From NCBI RefSeq assembly GCF_965219815.1, contig NZ_OZ244791.1, forward strand, positions 2,604,491 through 2,668,490: a stretch of 64,000 nucleotides of DNA, in the 5' to 3' direction. Positions 52,370 to 61,740 of this stretch are shown here, piece after piece. Every line of letters starts with the position of its first letter. The first letter of the stretch is position 1. The stretch is from Candidatus Poriferisocius sp. (GTDB lineage: Bacteria; Actinomycetota; Acidimicrobiia; Acidimicrobiales; Bin134). The translations under genes and the position numbers were made by a program. The notes beneath the pieces were generated by a model. That model was not told the origin of the DNA. It worked only from the letters and a program-made list of their open reading frames with translations, and ran no database searches.

Positions 52370-52698
52370 AGCTGCGGGAATTCGCCTACAGCCGCTCCGG
52401 CGACAAGGGCGACATCGTGAACCTGTGCGTGTTCGTGTACAACGACGACAACTGGGACGTGCTGCGGCGCGAGCTGACCGTGGAGAAAGTGCGGGACATA
52501 TTCGGCAGCCTGGTCAATGGCGAGATCACCCGCTACGAACTGCCCGGCACCAAGGGCCTGAACTTCGTGATGACCGAGGCGCTCGGCGGGGGAGTGTCCA
52601 TGAGCCTCCGAACCGACCCCCACGGCAAGTCCTATCAATCCCTAATCCTAGAAATCGACATCGACGCTGACGAAGAGATCAAACCCCGCCTCGGGTAG
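52366..52698 (+). CDS. Small AtuA-associated protein (DUF4387-like)
   Basis: ORF track, 110 aa (MKLREFAYSRSGDKGDIVNLCVFVY...). It has an ATGA overlap with the AtuA-like gene. The family name is from memory of DUF1446/DUF4387 co-occurrence. Confidence 0.5.
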   Translation: MKLREFAYSRSGDKGDIVNLCVFVYNDDNWDVLRRELTVEKVRDIFGSLVNGEITRYELPGTKGLNFVMTEALGGGVSMSLRTDPHGKSYQSLILEIDIDADEEIKPRLG

Positions 52699-52724
52699 AA
52701 GCCCCGGCTGGCCGGCTTGTCCGG

Positions 52725-54227
52725 TCAGTCGGCGGCGAGGTGCTCTCGGAGTTCTACTTTGCGGATTTTGCCGGTGACGGTGCGGGGGAAGCTGTCGACG
52801 GCGATGAATTCGTCGGGGACCTTGATCTTGGCCAGGCGCTGGCGGCACCAATCCGCTAGTCCGTCGAGCGACTCTTCGGGTCGGAGCTCGACGAAGGCCA
52901 CCGGGCGCTCGCCCCACTCGGGGTCGGGGCGCCCGACCACCGCTGCCTCGGCAACTGCTGGGTGGTCGTAGAGCACGGCCTCGATCTCGCTGGGGTAGAT
53001 GTTGACACCGCCACTGATGAGCATGTCCTTGGAGCGGCCGACGATGTAGAGGTAGCCGTCGCCATCCATGCGCCCCAGGTCGCCGGTGCGGAACCATCCG
53101 CCTACAAGGGCCTCGGCAGTTAGGTCGGGATTGCGCCAGTAGCCGGCCATCACCTTTTCGGTCTTCACCCAGATCTCGCCCACCTCTCCGGGAGCAACCG
53201 GGGCACCGTTGTCGTCGTGGATCTCGATTCGGACCCCGGGCACGACGCGGCCGCACGAGTCGAGCAGCTCGGGGCGTCCGGCCATGGCAAGGTCGTGGTC
53301 TTCGGGGAGCAGCCCGGTGAGGTTGGTGACGCACTCGGAGATGCCGTAGCCCTGGTAAAGCCCGCACCCAAAGCGCTCATAGGCCTGTTTGATGAGCGGC
53401 CCGGCGGTGGGGGCGGCGCCGTAGACGATGAGGCGAAGGCTGGATAGGTCGGCCTCGTCAAAGCCCGGGTGGTCGAGGAGGCGGCGCAGCTGCGCGGGGA
53501 CCAAAATCGAGATGGTCACCCGGTGCTCAGCCACCGCAGCAAAGAACGACTCGGGCGAGAAGGAGCGCAGCACTACGTGGGTCTGGCCGTCGGCCAGCAT
53601 GGAGCACACCCGGGTGCCGGTGGCCGCGTGGTACAGCGGCGTGGTCGACAGGAACACATCATCGGGCCGGAACCGCTGCACCAGAGCCATGGTCAGGCCG
53701 TTGAAGGCCAAGCCCCGTTGGGTGAGGCACACCCCCTTCGGCTGTCCAGTGGTCCCGCTGGTGTAGATGATCAGCGCGGTGTCGTGTTCGGTAGAGCGGT
53801 CCAAATCGGCGAAGGGCTCCGAAGCCAGCAGGCTTGCGTAAGAATCGCCGTCGGCGTCGATCACTGGGTCATTGGCGCCGATGGCCTTCAATCGTTCGAC
53901 GTACTGGCTGGTTGCCACGGTGAGGATGGGCTCGGCGTTAGACAGGATGAAGGACAATTCGGGATCGGTGAGCTGGGTGTTGAGCGGCACTGCCGCCGCT
54001 CCCAGGTAGGCCACCGCCAGATAGACGTCGAAAAAGACCAGCCCGTTGTCGGCCATGAGCGCCACCCGGTCGCCAGTCCCCACCCCCGCGGCCTCCAGAC
54101 CGCCAGCCAGCCGGCGAACTCGGTCGTGCAGCTCCTTGAAGGAAGCAGATGGCCCTCCGGCAACCGCTACCGCAGTGCGCTCGGGGTAGAGCGCCGCATC
54201 CCTCTCCAGCAGGTCAACGATCCGCAT
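52725..54227 (-). CDS. Acyl-CoA synthetase / AMP-dependent ligase
   Basis: ORF track, 500 aa. Motifs seen are LIIYTSGTTGQPKGV, QGYGISE, GDLGRMDGDGYLYIVGR and VTGKIRKVELRE. Confidence 0.9.
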   Translation of the reverse strand: MRIVDLLERDAALYPERTAVAVAGGPSASFKELHDRVRRLAGGLEAAGVGTGDRVALMADNGLVFFDVYLAVAYLGAAAVPLNTQLTDPELSFILSNAEPILTVATSQYVERLKAIGANDPVIDADGDSYASLLASEPFADLDRSTEHDTALIIYTSGTTGQPKGVCLTQRGLAFNGLTMALVQRFRPDDVFLSTTPLYHAATGTRVCSMLADGQTHVVLRSFSPESFFAAVAEHRVTISILVPAQLRRLLDHPGFDEADLSSLRLIVYGAAPTAGPLIKQAYERFGCGLYQGYGISECVTNLTGLLPEDHDLAMAGRPELLDSCGRVVPGVRIEIHDDNGAPVAPGEVGEIWVKTEKVMAGYWRNPDLTAEALVGGWFRTGDLGRMDGDGYLYIVGRSKDMLISGGVNIYPSEIEAVLYDHPAVAEAAVVGRPDPEWGERPVAFVELRPEESLDGLADWCRQRLAKIKVPDEFIAVDSFPRTVTGKIRKVELREHLAAD

Positions 54228-54248
54228 TATGCAAGATTCAGGTTGCCA

Positions 54249-54626
54249 TCAGACGGGCACGATGTCGACAATCTCATTCAAGCCTGCAAAGTCATTGGGG
54301 TTGCGAGTGTAGAGGGGCAAGTTGGCGGCGAGGGCGGTCGCGGCGATCATCAGATCGACTGCCCTTGCCCCGCGGGGTTTCCGCTCAGCGCTGAGGACAG
54401 CGGGTTGGTCTGGGCGTCTCAGGCACGAGGAGATGGATTTTGGTGGGCAACGGCGTCGAGGTCGGCCCGGAGATCCCAGTAGTCAACACTGGGGGCAGTC
54501 CAGAAAAGCTCAACAGCAACTTCAGCGGAAATGAAACTGATCTCACCCCCCACATCTCCACCGTAGCACCCCGCGCGACACCCTCAACCTCCTGGCCTGG
54601 ATGAACTCATACGTACCCGGATTTTG
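54249..54626 (-). pseudogene. Decayed VapC (PIN-domain) toxin gene with frameshifts and an in-frame stop
   Basis: Hand translation of the minus strand gives three frame segments. Frame A (54482->54249) ends ..AERKPRGARAVDLMIAATALAANLPLYTRNPNDFAGLNEIVDIVPV-stop, a classic VapC C-terminus. Frame B (about 54585->54419) contains GGEISFISAEVAVEL. Frame C (54626->54546) contains TYEFIQARRLRVSRGVLRW. No intact ORF, start codon or upstream antitoxin is present. Confidence 0.6.
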
Positions 54627-54657
54627 CTATGCAATTGGATCGGGAAGGAGTCAGAGC

Positions 54658-55434
54658 GTGGAATTGCATGGCAAGAGGATCATTGTCACGGGGTGTGCGA
54701 GTGGGATGGGGGCGGCGACGGTGCGGGCTTATGTGAAGGCGGGGGCTCGGGTAGTGGGGATGGACCTTGCCGATGACGCGGGGCGGGCGGTTTGCGCCGA
54801 GGCGGGGGCAGATGGGCCTGGCGAAGTCGTGTACGTGTCGGTTGACGTTGCCGATGAAGAGCGGGTGGATGCGGCGTTTGCCGAGGCAGACAGCCTTTTA
54901 GGAGGGCTAGATGCGCTGGCGCACCCGGCTGCCATTCATGCAGCTTCCGCCGCGGAAGACGTGACTATCGGTGAGTGGGACCGGATGTTCACAGTGAATG
55001 TGCGGGGCACGGTGCTGACTAATCAGGCGGCGTACCAGCGGCTCAAGGTTGGCGGGGGAGGTGCCATCGTCAATTTCGGGTCGATTTCCGGCCAGCGGGC
55101 TGAGCCGGGAGCGGCGGCCTACTCGGCTTCCAAGGGAGCAGTACATGCCTGGACGCGCACTGCGGCCGGAGCCTGGGGGGCCGACGGCGTTCGGGTCAAC
55201 GCCGTTCTACCGGCCATCAGAACTCCTATGTTCCAAGCATCCTGGGATCGGGCAACCGATGAGGAGCGCACCGAGAAGTTCTGGCGGAACATCCACAGCA
55301 TCGCGCTGGGCCAAGACTACGGCGACCCGGATCGGGATCTCGGGCCGGTGATGGTGTTTCTGGCCTCGGATGGGTCCCGGTTCATCACCGGCCAGCTCAT
55401 CCCCGTCGATGGCGGACAGGGGAACGTGCGCTGA
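54658..55434 (+). CDS. Short-chain dehydrogenase/reductase
   Basis: Track ORF 54601..55434 trimmed to the GTG at 54658, preceded by GGAAGGAG. Motifs seen are GKRIIVTGCASGMGAAT, NFGSISG and YSASKGA. Confidence 0.85.
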   Translation: MELHGKRIIVTGCASGMGAATVRAYVKAGARVVGMDLADDAGRAVCAEAGADGPGEVVYVSVDVADEERVDAAFAEADSLLGGLDALAHPAAIHAASAAEDVTIGEWDRMFTVNVRGTVLTNQAAYQRLKVGGGGAIVNFGSISGQRAEPGAAAYSASKGAVHAWTRTAAGAWGADGVRVNAVLPAIRTPMFQASWDRATDEERTEKFWRNIHSIALGQDYGDPDRDLGPVMVFLASDGSRFITGQLIPVDGGQGNVR

Positions 55435-55535
55435 AATCACGCGTTTGAGCGACAGGCCTGGGCTGAGGGAAATATGGCTGATTTCGTTCGTCCCCATCAT
55501 CAGAATTCGGCGGGTGGGCCGTTAGTCTCAGCCGC

Positions 55536-56546
55536 ATGAGCATTCGCGTGGGAATCAACGGGTTCGGCCGCATCGGGCGGAACTTCTTCAGAGCAGCCCG
55601 GCAGGCTGGCGCCGACCTGGAATTCGTGGCCGTAAACGACTTGGGCAGCCTGGAGACCATGGCCCATCTGTTGCAGTACGACTCGGTGATGGGCCGGTTC
55701 TCCGACCCGGTGGCTGTGGTGGACGGCGCACTCGAGATCGGCGGGAGCACCCTGCAAGTGCTGTCGGAGCGCAATCCGGCCGATCTGCCCTGGGGCGACT
55801 TGGGCGTGGACGTAGTGGTGGAGTCCACCGGGTTCTTCACCGCTCGGGACAAGGCGGCGGCCCACCTTGAAGCTGGGGCTCCGAGGGTCATCGTGTCGGC
55901 GCCGGCGTCGGGGGCCGACGCCACTTTCGTGGTGGGGGTGAACGACGGCGACTTCGACCCCGACAACCACTTGGTTGTGTCCAACGCCTCCTGCACCACC
56001 AACTGCTTCGTGCCCATGGTCAAGGTGCTCGACGATGCCTTCGGGGTGGAGCGGGGCCTGATGACCACCGTCCACGCCTACACCGGCGACCAGGCCTTGG
56101 TGGACGGCCCCCATTCCGACCTGCGTCGGGCCCGAGCCGCCGCGGTGAACATCGTGCCCACATCCACCGGAGCTGCCCGGGCCACTGGGCTGGTGCTCCA
56201 AGCCATGAACGGCCTGCTCGACGGCATCGCGCTGCGGGTGCCGATCCCCAACGGCTCCCTCACCGATTTCACCGCCGTGGTGCAGGGTGAGCCCTCGGCC
56301 GACGACGTCAACGCCGCCTTCGCCGCCGCGGCGGCTGAAGGGCCGCTGGCGGGGGTGCTGGACTACAGCGAAGCCCCGCTGGTGTCGGCCGACATCGTCG
56401 GCTCGCCCGCCTCCTGCACGCTTGACTCCGGTCTGACCATGGCCCTGGGAAATCTGGTCAAGGTGTCCGGCTGGTATGACAACGAGTGGGGCTACTCCAA
56501 CCGGTTGGTGGACATCGTCTCCATCGTGGGCGCGGCGGGCCGCTGA
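55536..56546 (+). CDS. gap: Glyceraldehyde-3-phosphate dehydrogenase (type I)
   Basis: ORF track, 336 aa. Motifs seen are VGINGFGRIGRNF, SNASCTTNC (catalytic Cys) and WYDNEWGYSNR. Confidence 0.97.
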   Translation: MSIRVGINGFGRIGRNFFRAARQAGADLEFVAVNDLGSLETMAHLLQYDSVMGRFSDPVAVVDGALEIGGSTLQVLSERNPADLPWGDLGVDVVVESTGFFTARDKAAAHLEAGAPRVIVSAPASGADATFVVGVNDGDFDPDNHLVVSNASCTTNCFVPMVKVLDDAFGVERGLMTTVHAYTGDQALVDGPHSDLRRARAAAVNIVPTSTGAARATGLVLQAMNGLLDGIALRVPIPNGSLTDFTAVVQGEPSADDVNAAFAAAAAEGPLAGVLDYSEAPLVSADIVGSPASCTLDSGLTMALGNLVKVSGWYDNEWGYSNRLVDIVSIVGAAGR

Positions 56547-56554
56547 GCGCCGGA

Positions 56555-57677
56555 GTGCTTCCCACACTCGAAACGCTGGGCGAGACCCTCGGCGGCCTGG
56601 ACGGCCGCCGGATACTGCTGCGGGCCGACTTCAATGTGCCGCTTGACGCTGATGGCCACATTGCCGATGACTTCCGCATCAAGGCCGCGCTGCCCACCAT
56701 CCGCTGGCTAACCGGCCAGGGGGCCGCGGTGGTGGCGTGCAGCCACTTGGGCCGACCCGACGGCAGCCCCGATCCCCGATATTCCCTGACCCCGGTAAGG
56801 GCCCGGCTGGGGGAGCTGGCCCCCGGAGTCGAACTGCTGGAGAACCTGCGCTTCGACCCGGGCGAGACCGGCGATGACGATGATTTCGTGCAGCGGTTGG
56901 TGGAGGGCTGCCACGGCTACGTGAACGACGCCTTCGGGGCTTCCCATAGAGCACACGCGTCGATCGTGGGGCCGCCCCGCCATGTGCCCAGCGCAGCGGG
57001 CCGCCTGCTGGCCAAAGAAGCCGAGGTGCTATTGGGGCTGCGGGCCAAGCCCAAGCGGCCATTTCTCGCCGTGTTGGGCGGGGCCAAGGTGAGCGACAAG
57101 CTGGGGGTGATCGACGCCCTGTTGGAGACCGCCGACGAGGTGGTGATCGGCGGCGGCATGTGTTTCACGTTCCTGGCCGCCCTGGGCCACAGCGTGGGCG
57201 ACTCGCTGCTTCAGCCCGACCAGATTGAGGCCTGTGGCCGTCTGCTGGGTTCGGGCGCACCGATCCGGCTCCCCTCCGATATCACTGCGCTGGCGCCAGG
57301 GGAGCGGGTGGTGCAGGCCGGAGTGGATTTGCACCCAGAATGGAAGGGACTGGACATCGGCCCCGGCACCGCGGCTGAGTTCAGCGACCTCATCGCCGAG
57401 GCCGGCACCGTACTGTGGAACGGCCCCATGGGGCTGTTCGAAGACCCGAGGTTCGCAGCGGGCACGAAAGTGGTGGCCCAAGCGCTGGCCGAGAGCCGGG
57501 CGTTCACCGTGGTGGGCGGGGGGGACAGCGCGGCCGCGGTCCGCCAATTCGGCTTGGATCGAGAGATGGACCACGTGTCCACCGGGGGCGGGGCGTCGTT
57601 GGAATTGATCGAGCAGGGCGACCTGCCCGGCTTGAGAGCACTGAGAGAATCAGTTGGGACTCCCGAGGAGGGACACG

Positions 57678-57685
<8 letters not shown>
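56555..57685 (+). CDS. pgk: Phosphoglycerate kinase
   Basis: Track ORF 56486..57685 trimmed to the GTG at 56555, 9 nt after the gap stop. Motifs seen are RILLRADFNVPLD, SHLGRP, YVNDAFGASHRAHAS, GGAKVSDK and VSTGGGASLE. Confidence 0.95.
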
Positions 57686-58454
<769 letters not shown>

Positions 58455-58513
58455 GCAGAAGCGGGATCCTCGCCAGTCGAGGCTAGGCCCAGCGGGCCGA
58501 GTCTTTGGGGTGG

Positions 58514-60418
58514 TCAGGTGATCTCTAGATCGTCCCACTCCACCTCGGTGCAGAGGCGGTGGTACTCGGGGCCGTACCAGGGGGCGCTCATCTGAAGCCG
58601 GTTGTGTTCCGAGTTGACGTAGTAATTGTTGTCCGGTGACCCAATGTCGTGCATCAACAGGAGCTCGGAGGCCTCCTTGTCCAGGGCCTCGTTGTAGCGC
58701 TCGTAGGCGTCCATGGTGACCTCCACGCTGGACTTGCCCTCTTCGAGCATCCGCACGATCAATTGGCCGGCGTAGCCCGACCACACCTGATACCAGATAG
58801 GAAGGCCCGTGCCGCCCGACAGGGGTTGGGAGTTGGGGCCGTAGAGCATGAACATGTTGGGGAATTTCGGCACCATCATGCTTATGTAGGCCCGGGGGCC
58901 GTCCTTGGACCAGAAGTCGTGCACGTTGAGCCCGTCACGGCCTATGTAGTCGGCCGGGTACAGGAACTGGACGATCTCGAAGCCGATGGCGGTGATGACG
59001 GTGTCCACCTCGTGGACGGTCCCATCCTCGGTCTCGATGCCCTCAGGGGTGAACCGGACGATCGGATCGGTGATCAGCTCCACGTTGTCGCGAGTGAGGG
59101 CCCGATACCAGCCGTTGTCCACCACTGGGCGCCGGGAGAAGGGCGCGTAGTCGGGGATCAGCCGGTCGACGAGGTCGGGGTCGTTGTCGGTCTGCTCGTG
59201 GATGTAGTTGGTGAGGAAGGAGCGAAGCTGGTCGTTCACCTCGTTCCAATAGCCTCCTTGGGCCTGCCACTCCTCGTCGGGAACGAGCTGGTCGTGGGTC
59301 TTGAACAGCGCGGCGATGGCCATATAGCGCCACCAGTTCCAGTAGCCCGGGAAATTGTCGAGCAGCCAGCGCACTTCCGGCTCGATGGGCTCGCCGTACT
59401 TGGGCCGAGGGCTGATCCACTGCTTGGAGCGCTGGAAGACGTACACCTGCTCGGCCTCTTCGGCGATGGGGGAAAGCAGTTGCACCCCGGTCGAGCCGTT
59501 GCCGACCACAGCGATCCGCTCGCCGCGGTAGTCGTAGTCCTCAGGCCATTGCGATGGGTGGATGGTCCGACCGGGGAAGTCCTCGAAGCCCTCGAAATTG
59601 GGGGTTCTCTGGTTGGCGAAGGCGCCGACCGCGTTGATCACCACGTTGGCCTCGATGGTCTCGATGCCGTCGGGAGTGCCGGCCTCGAGCACCCAGACAT
59701 CGCGGCTCTCGTCGTAGGTGGCCCGTTTCAGATCGTGGTCGAATCGGGTGTTGTCGTACATGCCGTACTTGCGCGAGATGTGGAGCAAGTACTCCCGCAC
59801 GAATTGACCCTTTCCGAAGTACTCGGGCCACGGGTAGTTCTTCTCGAAGGCGAACTCGTAGGTGATCGAGATGGTGTCCACCCGGATGTCGGGATAGCGG
59901 TGCCGGCTCCACGTGCCGCCGGGCTCAGAGCGGCGCTCCAGGATCACATAGGGGATTCCCAGCAGCTCCATCTGGATGCCCGCGGCCAGCCCGCTGAACC
60001 CGCTGCCGATGATCGCCACCTGGAATCCTTCGGGCAGCTCGGGCTTGCCGTCGGTCCAGTCCACCGTCCAGGGGAAGGGCTTGAAGGCCATCAGCTCGCG
60101 CCGAGACTCGAACTCCAGGTCGCCCATCTCCTCCTTGGTGGCGAAATCCATCAGCTGGCGCAGGCGGGGCATCGGCGGTTCCTCGGGCATTCCCGGGCCG
60201 GCGTTCTCCATGAGCCAGGCGGTGGTCTTGGTGATGAGCAGCTCGCGTTGATTGTCGTCCAGCTCCAGCATCCGCGGCAGTGCCTTGATCTCCGGATCGT
60301 CGGTGTGGTGGAACAGCGCCACCCGCACGGCGTCCAAATCGGCCAACTCTACGGCGCGGCGGATGAACTCCGGGCTCACCGAGTCCGCGGTCGTCTCAGG
60401 GGAAGATTCCACAGTCAC
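58514..60418 (-). CDS. Type I Baeyer-Villiger (flavin-containing) monooxygenase with a long N-terminal extension
   Basis: ORF track, 634 aa. The FAD fold is VAIIGSGFSGLAAG, the BVMO fingerprint is FPGRTIHPSQWP (FxGxxxHxxxW[P/D]), and the second dinucleotide fold is IAVVGNGSTG. About 130 aa precede the first Rossmann motif. Confidence 0.88.
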   Translation of the reverse strand: MTVESSPETTADSVSPEFIRRAVELADLDAVRVALFHHTDDPEIKALPRMLELDDNQRELLITKTTAWLMENAGPGMPEEPPMPRLRQLMDFATKEEMGDLEFESRRELMAFKPFPWTVDWTDGKPELPEGFQVAIIGSGFSGLAAGIQMELLGIPYVILERRSEPGGTWSRHRYPDIRVDTISITYEFAFEKNYPWPEYFGKGQFVREYLLHISRKYGMYDNTRFDHDLKRATYDESRDVWVLEAGTPDGIETIEANVVINAVGAFANQRTPNFEGFEDFPGRTIHPSQWPEDYDYRGERIAVVGNGSTGVQLLSPIAEEAEQVYVFQRSKQWISPRPKYGEPIEPEVRWLLDNFPGYWNWWRYMAIAALFKTHDQLVPDEEWQAQGGYWNEVNDQLRSFLTNYIHEQTDNDPDLVDRLIPDYAPFSRRPVVDNGWYRALTRDNVELITDPIVRFTPEGIETEDGTVHEVDTVITAIGFEIVQFLYPADYIGRDGLNVHDFWSKDGPRAYISMMVPKFPNMFMLYGPNSQPLSGGTGLPIWYQVWSGYAGQLIVRMLEEGKSSVEVTMDAYERYNEALDKEASELLLMHDIGSPDNNYYVNSEHNRLQMSAPWYGPEYHRLCTEVEWDDLEIT

Positions 60419-60492
60419 GCCCTAAAGGTTCTCAGAATCGGCGGGGGAGTGCTGAGTCCTAGCGGTACCTCGCCGAAACGAGCCTGCCTGGC

Positions 60493-61707
60493 TCAGGCAG
60501 CGGGATCGACGGAGAGGGGAACCGACTTGTAGCCCCGAACGGTGGAGGTGTGGATCCACTCCAGGTGGTCGTCGTCGACCTCCCAGTCGCGGTAGCGCCG
60601 GAGCATCTGCTCGAGGCCGATGCGGCCTTCCAGGCGGGCCAGCGCGGCGCCGATGCAGAAGTGGGCGCCGTAGCCGAACGACAGGTGACGGTCGATGTTG
60701 CGGTGGATGTCGAAACGGTCGGCATCGGGGAAGTGGCGCTCGTCTCGGTTGCCGCTGCCGTTGACCAGCAGCAGGTTGGCCCCAGCCGGAACTACTTGGC
60801 CGTGCAACTCCACGTCTTGCATGACCCGCCGTCCTTGCACCGGGGAAGGGGCCTCGTAGCGAAGGATCTCCTCCAGGGCATCGGGGACCAGCGAGAGGTC
60901 ATCGCGGAGCTCGGCATGCTGATCGGGATGCTCAGCCAGCAGTACCACCGCCCAGGCCAGGAAGCGTGCCACCGTCTCCGCCCCGGCCCCGCCGATCAAG
61001 GCAACGTAGGAGGTGATCTCCTCCAGGGTGAGGGGGCGGGAGGATCCGTCCAGCAGCTCTCGCTCGTGAGTGGCCAAGATGGTCAGCAGATCGTCGGCCG
61101 GCTCCTTCCGCTTCTGCTCGCACAGCTCGGGAACCAGGGCGTACACCTCGTGGGAGAGGTTTCCGGTCTGGTCGACCAGCTCCCGGCTGCTGCCCGCGGT
61201 GGCTGTTCCTTCGATGTGCAGCCCTTTGTCCATCGATTGCCGCAAGTCCTGTTCGAGCCCTTCGGGAAATCCCAGCAGGGCCAAGATCACGGTGGGAGGC
61301 ATGAGCGCGGAGAATCGGTCGACGAAGTCGAAAACAGTCAGACCCTCAAGAGGGTCCAGCAAGTTGTCGCAGATGGACTCGATCCGGCTTTCCAAGCCGT
61401 TGATGGCCTTGGGGGTGAAGGCCCGGCTCACCAGTTTGCGCAACAGCGTCTGCTCCGGTGGGTCTCGGAAGATGAACAGCGGCCCAGTCCATTCCTCATC
61501 GCCCATGAGGTCGAGCGATGTGGCGTAGCGAGAAGAGTAGGTCTCGGTATCGAGCAGTCCGGCGAGCACATCGTCGTAGCGGGTCAGCGCCCAGAAGTTG
61601 TGCTCGTCGTTGTGGTAGAGCGGGGCCTCGTCGCGCATCCGCCGCCAAACACCATGGGCTCTAATATCGATGTCGTAGTCGAACGGGTTGTAGTCGATCG
61701 AACTCAT
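60493..61707 (-). CDS. Cytochrome P450
   Basis: ORF track, 404 aa. Motifs seen are the I-helix GGAGAETV, the EILRY (ExxR) motif and the heme loop FGYGAHFCIGAALARLE. Confidence 0.95.
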   Translation of the reverse strand: MSSIDYNPFDYDIDIRAHGVWRRMRDEAPLYHNDEHNFWALTRYDDVLAGLLDTETYSSRYATSLDLMGDEEWTGPLFIFRDPPEQTLLRKLVSRAFTPKAINGLESRIESICDNLLDPLEGLTVFDFVDRFSALMPPTVILALLGFPEGLEQDLRQSMDKGLHIEGTATAGSSRELVDQTGNLSHEVYALVPELCEQKRKEPADDLLTILATHERELLDGSSRPLTLEEITSYVALIGGAGAETVARFLAWAVVLLAEHPDQHAELRDDLSLVPDALEEILRYEAPSPVQGRRVMQDVELHGQVVPAGANLLLVNGSGNRDERHFPDADRFDIHRNIDRHLSFGYGAHFCIGAALARLEGRIGLEQMLRRYRDWEVDDDHLEWIHTSTVRGYKSVPLSVDPAA

Positions 61708-61740
61708 GCGACGTTTCTAGCCGGGATTGCCTGCGGACCG

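Noticed and set aside
54149-54534. Small + strand ORFs (54149..54394 and 54322..54534) and the 5' part of 54601..55434 in the ligase-SDR gap.
   Set aside because: They have no recognisable features. The region is better explained by the frameshifted VapC remnant on the minus strand, and the SDR has a strong GGAAGGAG SD before the GTG at 54658.
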